This document shows, one piece after another, positions 1 through 7,603 of a DNA stretch of 64,000 bases. The first letter of the stretch is position 1, and each line of letters opens with the position of its first letter. A program made the translations under genes and the position numbers. The notes under the pieces are model-generated. The model made no database searches. It was not told the DNA's origin and was given only the letters and a program-made list of their open reading frames with translations. Origin of the DNA: a virus. The DNA is taken from IMG/VR virus record IMGVR_UViG_3300045988_098681; one strand, written 5' to 3'.

Positions 1-88
1 CCTCTTCCCGCTCCCATAACCCCATCACCTAGTATTCAATACTACATGCAGCACAAAAAAAATAGGGCTAACACCCACCAAAAAACAC

Positions 89-116
89 AAAAAAAAAAGA
101 AGCCGCTTCCGCAGCT
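89..116 (-). terminator. putative intrinsic terminator closing the leftward operon
   Basis: minus-strand GCUGC-GGAA-GCGGC hairpin (102-115) followed by a U-run (A-run 89-101 on + strand), just past the stop at 132. Confidence 0.45.
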
Positions 117-131
117 CCTTCTTTCCATATT

Positions 132-587
132 CTACCAATCCAAATCCTCCATGTCAAATATTACCGGCTTCACATATGCGATTCTTTCCCCGTACCCGTC
201 AACCGGATACACCTTAAACTGTGCGCCTTCTGTCAGGTCATCCATATTGAACCGACTCATTACATCACTTGCCGCGTCTTTTGCTGTCCTTGCCTTGATC
301 GCACTTGTTTCTTCTGTCGCGTGGGAATCTTTCCATTCACCAAAGCCAAGTTTTACTTCAACCTTCCAATTTCTTACAAATGGTACAATTTCGTACAATT
401 CCATTGCGTCCAATTCCGTGTCATGAAACCATATCTTGACACGATGCCTTTTCGCTTCTGCCCATGACATGCGCTTGTTTTCTGCCTCAAATAGTGCCGC
501 ATCAAGTGAAGCCTTCCACGTCCCAAACTTTTCTTCCTGCCCTTGCACGTCCTCATTTCTCATAATCATATTTACAAATTCTACCAT
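132..587 (-). CDS. hypothetical protein
   Basis: ORF 132-674 trimmed to the ATG (MVEFVNM) that avoids overlap with the upstream gene; no recognised domain. Confidence 0.5.
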   Translation of the reverse strand: MVEFVNMIMRNEDVQGQEEKFGTWKASLDAALFEAENKRMSWAEAKRHRVKIWFHDTELDAMELYEIVPFVRNWKVEVKLGFGEWKDSHATEETSAIKARTAKDAASDVMSRFNMDDLTEGAQFKVYPVDGYGERIAYVKPVIFDMEDLDW

Positions 588-610
588 TGTTATTTTCTTC
601 CTTCTATTTT

Positions 611-868
611 TTACCAAATATACTCTTCGTATCCAGCCTTGATAACTGCTTCCTTTATTTTCTTTAAAATCCAAGGCTGTAAATATCTGTAAAGTGTATA
701 CGCATTGCCATTGTTAAAGATAACATAGTCATGATAACCAAAACAGTTAGCCGGCGTTTCGACAGATAAATACTTTTTAGGCTTTCCGTCTCCCCATGAA
801 ATCATCGTGGTTATAATGAACCGATATTCTTCTTTATTGTATTTTCTTGTAAATAATAATTCTTCCAT
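611..868 (-). CDS. hypothetical protein
   Basis: ORF 611-940 trimmed to the ATG 8 nt after GGGAGGAA. Confidence 0.5.
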   Translation of the reverse strand: MEELLFTRKYNKEEYRFIITTMISWGDGKPKKYLSVETPANCFGYHDYVIFNNGNAYTLYRYLQPWILKKIKEAVIKAGYEEYIW

Positions 869-884
869 TTCCATTTCCTCCCAT

Positions 885-1442
885 TCAATCAAAATATGCC
901 GTTCCGTCATCCAGATATAAAATCTCGTTTGCTTCTGCATATTCCGCCATTTCTTCGTCGCTCACCTCATAGAAAAATTCGTATCCATATTTTTCTATTT
1001 CCCGTTCTGCCTTCTCGAGCTTTTCAAATACAGTTTCTACCATTTTTCTGATTTCCATTACTTGCCAATCTTTGATTTCGCGATCTGAAGCGCGCTCAAA
1101 TTCAGATATAATTTCATCGACAGTTTCCGTTTCTGTCTGAGATTTCAGACTGTAGCAGTATCTATAATTTTGCTTTAGCTCGAAACTGTCAACTTCTGAT
1201 TTTAACCATTCGAGCCCTTCGACGTTTTGCAAATCAAACTTCCCGTAAATGTTCACGCCGTCACCTTGACACGATGACAAACTGTATTGAACATTTAGCC
1301 CATCAGTAAATTGAAAATAATTTCTTACAATTTCCATGGCAATTTCTGTAAACATATCGCCATCAAGCTCACATCTTGCCTCTAAAAAGTTTTGCTTTGC
1401 CCGTTCTTTTGCTTTCTCGTCCAGCTCGTTATATTCATACAA
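885..1442 (-). CDS. hypothetical acidic protein
   Basis: 185-aa ORF, TTG start in track, no clear RBS; Glu/Asp-rich; SSCQGDG motif not confidently assignable. Confidence 0.5.
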   Translation of the reverse strand: MYEYNELDEKAKERAKQNFLEARCELDGDMFTEIAMEIVRNYFQFTDGLNVQYSLSSCQGDGVNIYGKFDLQNVEGLEWLKSEVDSFELKQNYRYCYSLKSQTETETVDEIISEFERASDREIKDWQVMEIRKMVETVFEKLEKAEREIEKYGYEFFYEVSDEEMAEYAEANEILYLDDGTAYFD

Positions 1443-1469
1443 ATTGATTTTTTTGTAATAGTTACCATT

Positions 1470-1652
1470 TTAACCCTCCATTTCCATCTTCTGACAACTA
1501 ACTTTTTTCACATAACATTTTAAAATTTTTAATTCCGCTGTTTTGTCATTATATTCTAATTGTAATTTATTCCCATCATTCAGCAATTCCGCGACTTCTA
1601 AAGCCTTGATCGCCTCCAGTAACTTTTCATTTGTAATATAACTTTTTACCAT
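1470..1652 (-). CDS. hypothetical protein
   Basis: ORF preceded by AGGGAGGAG RBS. Confidence 0.55.
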   Translation of the reverse strand: MVKSYITNEKLLEAIKALEVAELLNDGNKLQLEYNDKTAELKILKCYVKKVSCQKMEMEG

Positions 1653-1665
1653 TTTTTACTCCTCC

Positions 1666-1881
1666 CTATTCTTTTTCTTTCCAAGTTTTAACATTTAAAA
1701 TCGCATTTGCGGCTTCAAGCTCTGTTGTCAATCCAATTTTATAGGCTTTTACATATCTGTCAATTTCTGTATTGACTGTTTTCTCGTCCCTCATTTTATC
1801 GCGATAGTTGGCAAATATATAGCGCTGTCTTTTGTCGGATTTCTTTTTTTCGTTTGCCAATTCAATTACAAATCTTTTCAT
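1666..1881 (-). CDS. hypothetical protein
   Basis: ORF 1666-1887, second ATG chosen for spacing from GGGAGGAA. Confidence 0.55.
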   Translation of the reverse strand: MKRFVIELANEKKKSDKRQRYIFANYRDKMRDEKTVNTEIDRYVKAYKIGLTTELEAANAILNVKTWKEKE

Positions 1882-1895
1882 TTCCATTTCCTCCC

Positions 1896-2300
1896 TTATT
1901 TGTTTATAAATTCAATTTTATCATACTTTTCACATGAAATCAAATTCACAGCTTGCAAGATGCCTTCAAGAGTGTAAGAAATTTCCATTTCCCATATCAT
2001 CCCATCGAGTTTACTATTTCCGAAACATCCTTCTTGCGTTTCAAATTCGCTGTTTATATGCAAACAACATTCTTTTTTCAATTCCTTAACAGGTTTTTTT
2101 AACTCCCTTCCGGTTACTTTGTGTTTTTTTCGATAAATATATTTGTTGGCATCTGTAATTTCTAAAAAATACAGCCTTCCATCTTTTCCCATAATTCTAT
2201 CAACCGTGCAAACTCTATAGTTTCCAACATCTGACAAAAGATTGATTTTGTCAGATTTGAAAAAATCACAGCCGCGTTTTTCTAAAAATAATGTTTTCAT
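1896..2300 (-). CDS. hypothetical protein
   Basis: ORF 1896-2318 trimmed to MKTLFLEK start after GGAAGGAG RBS. Confidence 0.55.
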   Translation of the reverse strand: MKTLFLEKRGCDFFKSDKINLLSDVGNYRVCTVDRIMGKDGRLYFLEITDANKYIYRKKHKVTGRELKKPVKELKKECCLHINSEFETQEGCFGNSKLDGMIWEMEISYTLEGILQAVNLISCEKYDKIEFINK

Positions 2301-2323
2301 GTTTCTATCTCCTTCCATTTTTT

Positions 2324-2668
2324 TTAATATCTAACTAAAAACGCTTTCGGTTCTTCTTCATCGTCCACAGCTTCAATGAAACTGTAATGACTTTCCATAG
2401 AAATATCTCCCAAGCCTTGCTCCTTGTATAATTGTAAAATATTTTCAAATTCCTTCTCTCCTTCTTTGATGATGTTACAATAGTTGATTACGTCGTTATC
2501 AACTATCAAATTCACGTCAATTTCTGCGCCTTCAAAGCATCCGGCTTCAATTTCCGATTCATACATTTTTTCATATAAATTTAATGCCGTTGTTGTGTTA
2601 TTCCATTGTTCGACACGATCCATTAGCATTTCTAGTAAATCGTTTTCTTTAATTTTAACCGTTACCAT
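2324..2668 (-). CDS. hypothetical protein
   Basis: ORF with TAGGAGGT RBS. Confidence 0.6.
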   Translation of the reverse strand: MVTVKIKENDLLEMLMDRVEQWNNTTTALNLYEKMYESEIEAGCFEGAEIDVNLIVDNDVINYCNIIKEGEKEFENILQLYKEQGLGDISMESHYSFIEAVDDEEEPKAFLVRY

Positions 2669-2689
2669 TTTTTACCTCCTATTTCTCAT

Positions 2690-2842
2690 TTATTGCAAAC
2701 CGTATGCAATAACGAACAAACCTATAACAGTTACCATTACAAGCCCCATCTGTCCGCATACAATAGCGAACGGGGCTAACTTGGCAATGATCCATGAGGC
2801 GCGATATTTGCGACCGTTCACGGTGAAATACGCTTTTTTCAT
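2690..2842 (-). CDS. small hydrophobic (membrane) protein, 50 aa
   Basis: not in ORF track (<60 aa); MKKAYFTVNGRKYRASWIIAKLAPFAIVCGQMGLVMVTVIGLFVIAYGLQ preceded by AAGGGAGGA RBS; first gene after the leftward promoter. Confidence 0.5.
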   Translation of the reverse strand: MKKAYFTVNGRKYRASWIIAKLAPFAIVCGQMGLVMVTVIGLFVIAYGLQ

Positions 2843-3010
2843 TTTTTCGTCCTCCCTTTAGGTTTTCCTTTTCCAGCAGTTTAGGCAGCTTATGCGGCTT
2901 TATACTGTTTGCGCTCTTGCTTTCCATATATCGGCTATATGGAAAAGGTTACCATATTCACGCTATGAACGACACCCCCAAGAAAACCGTTGTTCCCTTG
3001 GGACACTTAT

Positions 3011-3039
3011 ATATTAGCACATTGGCAAAAAAATTGCAA
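3011..3039 (-). promoter_or_regulatory. sigma-A-type promoter for the leftward operon
   Basis: minus strand TTGCAA - 17 nt - TAATAT. Confidence 0.5.
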
Positions 3040-3170
3040 GTACTTTTTAAAAATTTGCGTTGATTTTTTTTGTACTTTTTTAATGCATTTTTAGTCAATA
3101 CGAAATCTTTTCTTTTTTTTTCGCTTATTATTTGCATAATATACAAATATCCTTGCATACTTATACACTA

Positions 3171-3192
3171 AAACATTGAAATTTCAATGTTT
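3171..3192. promoter_or_regulatory. perfect 22-bp palindrome (operator-like)
   Basis: AAACATTGAAATTTCAATGTTT equals its own reverse complement; lies in the divergent intergenic region. Confidence 0.5.
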
Positions 3193-3448
3193 ATATTTTT
3201 CTGAAAACTTATAAAATTGCATAATCTCAAGGTATAATCACTCGATGGATCAAAAAAAGTCGCTTAAAACGCAAATTAAAGCTCCCATGTTTTACCATTT
3301 TAAAGCTTTTCGTTCCTATTGTATCCGGTGTGATCCGATGCAATTCAAACACCTTAAAATTGTAAAGAATTGTATATGATGGAAAGATGTTGCAAGATGT
3401 TCAAAGATGGTGGATTTGGAAGGAATTGCCAGGATGTCCGAAGATCCC

Positions 3449-3612
3449 AGATGGTACATACTTCTTGTTATGGTAGAATATGGAAAGGGCTCGAAATAGT
3501 AGGATATGGTAAAAATGGAAACATCTCGCTATATGGTACATACTTTTATCTTTGGTAAATCTTGGGAAATTGTAAAATATTTGGAAATTTTAAAATGGGG
3601 CTTGACGTGTGG
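3449..3612 (+). repeat. degenerate ~82-bp tandem duplication inside the non-coding control region
   Basis: AGATGGTACATACTTCTTGTTATGGTAGAAT (3449) vs ATATGGTACATACTTTTATCTTTGGTAAATC (3531); also TATGGTAGAATATGGAAAG..CTCG (3469) vs TATGGTAAAAATGGAAAC..CTCG (3505). Confidence 0.55.
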
Positions 3613-3630
3613 CGTGTTTTTTGGTAAAAT
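3602..3630 (+). promoter_or_regulatory. near-consensus extended -10 sigma-A promoter with no ORF behind it
   Basis: TTGACG - 17 nt - TAAAAT with TGg immediately upstream of the -10. Confidence 0.6.
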
Positions 3631-3636
3631 AGAGAA

Positions 3637-3805
3637 AAATAGAATAATATGCGATCGATGCCAATGGGAGGCACGATTTCTGGAATGCCAAAAAATGGAA
3701 AGATTTGGCGCAAACACTCACCCTGCAAAAAATTTCCAAGTAAAAATTTTACAAGGGATTTTTTGGAAGGGAGTGCCGGAATCGTGCCTCTTTTTTGTAT
3801 TTTTG
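3637..3805 (+). ncRNA. candidate structured non-coding RNA (~165 nt)
   Basis: starts after promoter 3602-3630. An 11-bp helix GAGGCACGATT (3668-3678) / AATCGTGCCTC (3780-3790) encloses a 9-bp helix CCAAAAAAT (3688-3696) / ATTTTTTGG (3758-3766). A T-run CTCTTTTTTGTATTTTT follows the outer helix. No RBS for the overlapping 62-aa ORF. Confidence 0.35.
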
Positions 3806-4095
3806 GGAAAGAATGGATGGTTTACAGAAAATGGTAGAATTTGCAGGAAATTGCAGATTTGGTATGCTTGATATTATTTTACAAAATTTGGCAGAAAAAG
3901 GGGAAGAGAGGGCGGAATTTTTCCCATTAACGGGATTAAAATTTGCCCAAGTGAACGCCTATATAGCGCGCGCTCTAATTATGATTATATAATAATAATA
4001 TAAACATCATACTTGATGGTATTATATGTAAATATTTATTTTTATATTGGCATGAATACGATTTGTATTTATAATATATCCAAGGAGGTACGATT

Positions 4096-4581
4096 ATGAA
4101 AGTAGCGAATGAAAAATTAAAAAACTATCTCAACACAGAATCTAAAATTTTTGGCTATGATGTTAGCGAGGTTAACTTAAAGGTATCTAAAAACAAAATC
4201 TTGCTCAATGGCATTTCGCTTGAGGTTTGGCACAAGTTGCTATGGGGTTGGCTCAAGGAATCGAATGACAGGAGTAAAGAGGATTTCTGTGAAAGTCAAG
4301 CATTTTTTAATAAGAAAACAAAAGACTTGTTAAATCTTAATTCAAATTGTTTTGCTTGCCTTTATTGTTCAATCTTAGAAGAACTTTGGGATCAAGAATA
4401 CAATGAATGGATTCCTGCTTGTTACTTTTGCCCAATATGCGATGAAAATGATTTGTGCGCAAAGGGTTGGTATTCATTATGGGATGGAAGTTTTTATCCA
4501 AACTTAAAGAAATATGCAGCATCCAAAATTGAAAATCTAAAATGGGAATGGAAAGGAATCGAAAATGAAAATGAAGAATGA
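4096..4581 (+). CDS. hypothetical Cys-rich protein
   Basis: AAGGAGGT RBS; CFACLYC...CYFCPICDENDLC. Confidence 0.65.
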   Translation: MKVANEKLKNYLNTESKIFGYDVSEVNLKVSKNKILLNGISLEVWHKLLWGWLKESNDRSKEDFCESQAFFNKKTKDLLNLNSNCFACLYCSILEELWDQEYNEWIPACYFCPICDENDLCAKGWYSLWDGSFYPNLKKYAASKIENLKWEWKGIENENEE

Positions 4582-4680
4582 AAATGAAAAACAAGAATCG
4601 AAAACGAATATCGAAAATGAAAATCAAAATCAAGAATCGAATTTGAAAATGGAAATTGAAAACAAGAATCGAAAATTGGA
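4554..4680 (+). repeat. degenerate short direct repeats (CAAGAATCGAA x3, GAAAATGAAAAT x3)
   Basis: CAAGAATCGAA at 4592, 4631, 4663; (G/A)AATCGAAAA-like units at 4556, 4595, 4609, 4666. Confidence 0.6.
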
Positions 4681-4771
4681 TTTGCTTATGAATACTTTAA
4701 GATTGATTGCCAAAATCACAAACGATAATACAATCAAGGACATTGTGGACGATACACTTAATGGTAAATAG
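4565..4771 (+). CDS. hypothetical protein with low-complexity N/E/K-rich N-terminus
   Basis: ORF overlapping the repeat tract; the C-terminal half looks protein-like. Confidence 0.4.
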   Translation: MKMKNENEKQESKTNIENENQNQESNLKMEIENKNRKLDLLMNTLRLIAKITNDNTIKDIVDDTLNGK

Positions 4772-4847
4772 AATATGAAAACATAGGAAAACGACTTTTT
4801 AAGCGAGGAAACGCATTGGTCGATAATTAGTCAAGGAGGAAATAAAA

Positions 4848-5054
4848 ATGGATAATAAGCACGTTTTATCATTATTTAGTCTAATAAGTATATATTGCGA
4901 TTCGGTAAATTGTGACTTTTGCATCATAAAAGATATATGCGAATGCACTTATGATGAAATTGGGATACCTTGTCATTGGGTAAAGACTATTGAAAAAAGA
5001 ATTAAGAGAATTGAACAGGAAAAGTATAAAAAGAACAAAAGCAAAGGAAAATAA
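4848..5054 (+). CDS. small Cys-rich protein, paralogue 1 of 3
   Basis: AAGGAGGA RBS; IYCDSVNCDFCIIKDICEC. Confidence 0.65.
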   Translation: MDNKHVLSLFSLISIYCDSVNCDFCIIKDICECTYDEIGIPCHWVKTIEKRIKRIEQEKYKKNKSKGK

Positions 5055-5057
5055 GAA

Positions 5058-5225
5058 ATGAATAATAAAAATGTTTTAGAAGCAATTAAAACAATAATTG
5101 AATATTGTACATCAAGAGAATGTGAGAATTGCAAAATAGAAAATATATGCGATGAAATTTTTCCAATAGTAATGCCTTGTTATTGGGATTCTCGCATAAA
5201 AATCATCGAAGAAAGGACAACATAA
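5058..5225 (+). CDS. small Cys-rich protein, paralogue 2 of 3 (55 aa)
   Basis: not in track; MNNKNVLEAIKTIIEYCTSRECENCKIENICDEIFPIVMPCYWDSRIKIIEERTT. Confidence 0.6.
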   Translation: MNNKNVLEAIKTIIEYCTSRECENCKIENICDEIFPIVMPCYWDSRIKIIEERTT

Positions 5226-5228
5226 GAA

Positions 5229-5408
5229 ATGAATAATAAAGACATTTTGAATAAAGTTGAATTACTAAAAGCGGCTCGAACAATGATAGAATATTGCCAT
5301 AGCATGGAAGGGCATTGTGGCAATTGCATGTTCTTTGATATTTGCGGAGAGGTTATCATAAGATATTGGGACGAGTATCTACAAAAATTAAAAGAGGTTA
5401 AAAAATAA
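5229..5408 (+). CDS. small Cys-rich protein, paralogue 3 of 3 (59 aa)
   Basis: not in track; MNNKDILNKVELLKAARTMIEYCHSMEGHCGNCMFFDICGEVIIRYWDEYLQKLKEVKK; TAATG overlap with the next gene. Confidence 0.6.
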   Translation: MNNKDILNKVELLKAARTMIEYCHSMEGHCGNCMFFDICGEVIIRYWDEYLQKLKEVKK

Positions 5409-5920
5409 TGAAAACATTCGTAATAGCTGACCCACACTTTGGTCACAAAAACATAATTCAATATTGTAATCGATCCTTTGAATCTGTGTCCGAGATGGAT
5501 AAAGCCCTCATCGACAACTGGAACAAAACAGTCTCAAATGACGATATAATTTGGGTTCTAGGCGATTTTGCACTTGCATCAAGGGATTATACCAAATCCA
5601 TAATAAAATCGCTTAGAGGTCGAAAAAGGCTCATTTTGGGCAATCACGACAGGTATAGCCAAGAGTGGTATAGAGAGGCAGGATTTGAGTTTGTGTCACC
5701 TTATCCAATACTTATTGAGAACTTTATCATTCTATCTCATGCACCACTCGAATTTTTAAATGAAAATTGCCCATTCTTTAACATCTACGGTCACGTTCAT
5801 AATGACCCACGATATTTAGACTTGACAAAGAGAGGTGCTTGTGTTAGTATAGAGAGGACAGAATATAAACCGATTGAGTTAGATGGAATAATTAAAAAGG
5901 CAGGTGAATTAAATGATTGA
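5408..5920 (+). CDS. calcineurin-like metallophosphoesterase
   Basis: motifs ADPHFGH, LGDF, GNHD, GHVH in canonical order. Confidence 0.8.
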   Translation: MKTFVIADPHFGHKNIIQYCNRSFESVSEMDKALIDNWNKTVSNDDIIWVLGDFALASRDYTKSIIKSLRGRKRLILGNHDRYSQEWYREAGFEFVSPYPILIENFIILSHAPLEFLNENCPFFNIYGHVHNDPRYLDLTKRGACVSIERTEYKPIELDGIIKKAGELND

Positions 5921-6107
5921 AATGATAAAAAAATTTTTAATACTTTCTTTAATATTTACCACAGGAACAATACTAGTAGCATTATCTATAAGTATTATAC
6001 CTAAAGATGAGCTGTCATTGAAAAGTTTTATTGGTTTATTCTGCACTTTGTTCTTTGGAATGAGCGCAGTTACAGGTGCATATCACTATATAGACAAATA
6101 TATGTAA
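5913..6107 (+). CDS. small membrane protein
   Basis: two hydrophobic spans. Confidence 0.55.
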   Translation: MIEMIKKFLILSLIFTTGTILVALSISIIPKDELSLKSFIGLFCTLFFGMSAVTGAYHYIDKYM

Positions 6108-6120
6108 AGGAGGATATAAA

Positions 6121-6405
6121 ATGAACGATAAAATTAAACAACTTTGGTGGGATATTCAACACTATGGAGAGATATTAAGTCAGATTGATAAATCTGATTA
6201 CGACAACTTTTACACCGACCGAACCCATAAATACCAAGACGAGATTTATGAGTCCGTTATGCTAAACGGAGAGTTGATTGCATTACTCAAGCGATACGAC
6301 TATGAGATTTATTCATATACGAATGGTGAGAAGTTGCTTGATAGAACATGCTGGCTACCTGTTGGGCTTGAGATTGTAGATACATTAGGAGGAGAATCAT
6401 GTTAG
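6121..6405 (+). CDS. hypothetical protein
   Basis: AAGGAGGA RBS. Confidence 0.6.
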   Translation: MNDKIKQLWWDIQHYGEILSQIDKSDYDNFYTDRTHKYQDEIYESVMLNGELIALLKRYDYEIYSYTNGEKLLDRTCWLPVGLEIVDTLGGESC

Positions 6406-6641
6406 TTTTAATTGGTTTAATTGCAAGCCTTATTGTCGCGCTAATTATAGCAAAAATTCTTAATCGAAAGTTTTTCCCAATATGGCTTTGCGTGTTTGTT
6501 ACCATAGGAGCAATCGCAGTTTCGATTTTAACAGTAGTGTCGATTGTAGAATATGGCATTATAAATGAGTCAATGCTGACCTTGATAGGAGCTGTAATGT
6601 GTTGGATTAGTGCAGTTACGATGTGGAGGAGTGAGATATGA
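6399..6641 (+). CDS. small membrane protein
   Basis: GGAGGAG RBS; hydrophobic throughout. Confidence 0.55.
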   Translation: MLVLIGLIASLIVALIIAKILNRKFFPIWLCVFVTIGAIAVSILTVVSIVEYGIINESMLTLIGAVMCWISAVTMWRSEI

Positions 6642-6704
6642 AAATAAACAAAAACATTCTTGAATTTATAGCATTAGGATGGGATGAGTAGGAGGAAATA
6701 GATA

Positions 6705-7193
6705 ATGGGTATTATTGATTACATTTGCGTGTTTGTGATTTTTGCGACAGCCTTTGTGGCAATTATATATCCTATATATTATTTTTTCTACAAAGAAAGC
6801 TACGAATATTTGAAGTCGCTAAACAAAATACCATTTAAAAGTTTTGTAGCATTTTATAATATAGCACCCGCAAAATGGGGGTTAAATAAGAATTATGTGA
6901 TATATGAAGCGATTGATGTGGAAATGTTACGGGAAATCGAACAAGAGCCACAAATGAGATGTGTTTTTGGCGGTGTTTATAAAACTCCTAAAAAGACATA
7001 TGAGTTTGCTTTCAATTTCACAGATTTGATTCAATATCGCATTTGGCACAAAAGCATATTACATAACGAAAAAATAAAACAGAAAAAATATGAGCAAGAA
7101 CAATTATATAAACAGTATCAAGATGCGCTCAAAGAAATAAGCAAAGACCTCGAGCAATTCAAACAATCAAAACCATGGGAGGATCTAAAATGA
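6705..7193 (+). CDS. hypothetical protein with N-terminal TM segment
   Basis: TAGGAGGA RBS. Confidence 0.6.
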   Translation: MGIIDYICVFVIFATAFVAIIYPIYYFFYKESYEYLKSLNKIPFKSFVAFYNIAPAKWGLNKNYVIYEAIDVEMLREIEQEPQMRCVFGGVYKTPKKTYEFAFNFTDLIQYRIWHKSILHNEKIKQKKYEQEQLYKQYQDALKEISKDLEQFKQSKPWEDLK

Positions 7194-7525
7194 AGAAATT
7201 TGAGGTAGAGTGGACGGGCAGTTATCCAAGTTTATGTTCCGGTGTATGGAAACTTTATGTTGACGGAAAAGACAAGAGTGATTTGATTCCCGAGGAGTTA
7301 CGATGCTATCCAATGAATACGGCAGGAATGTATCAAATTTGGTATTTTGAAGATTGGCAAGAGGTGTTTGAGGATTACGAAGATGGGCTTGAGTGTGATG
7401 ATTGGATCAAAGAGAACGATTCTTGGATAAGCAAAATTGCTGATTACTACGATGAAAAGAAGGCATTGTTTGAAGCATTTCAAGCTCAAGATTTTCGCAC
7501 TTGTAGTTGCGGTGGATGTATCTAA
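7190..7525 (+). CDS. hypothetical protein
   Basis: ORF 7175-7525 trimmed to the ATG after GGGAGGA. Confidence 0.55.
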   Translation: MKKFEVEWTGSYPSLCSGVWKLYVDGKDKSDLIPEELRCYPMNTAGMYQIWYFEDWQEVFEDYEDGLECDDWIKENDSWISKIADYYDEKKALFEAFQAQDFRTCSCGGCI

Positions 7526-7544
7526 AAAATTTTCAAACAACCTA

Positions 7545-7573
7545 TTGACATTATCGTTTCTTTGTGTTAATAT
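7545..7573 (+). promoter_or_regulatory. sigma-A consensus promoter upstream of the recombinase gene
   Basis: TTGACA - 17 nt - TAATAT. Confidence 0.6.
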
Positions 7574-7603
7574 AGATATATCAAAGGAACGGAGGGTAAA
7601 ATA

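Noticed and set aside
2679-2927. 82-aa minus-strand ORF and 125-aa plus-strand ORF 2484-2861
   Set aside because: A 50-aa ORF in another minus frame (2690-2842) has a strong AAGGGAGGA RBS and a clean hydrophobic profile. The longer ORFs lack start signals and overlap real genes.
3370-3992. Seven overlapping 60-121-aa ORFs on both strands in the control region (e.g. 3506-3871, 3649-3837)
   Set aside because: They have no RBS and mutually overlapping frames. Their W/F/G/K-rich composition is driven by the TGG/GGA repeats. I treated the region as non-coding.
4554-4680. Possible CRISPR-like array
   Set aside because: The repeats are only ~11 nt, degenerate, irregularly spaced and in coding sequence. 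No cas genes or spacer-like unique segments are present.
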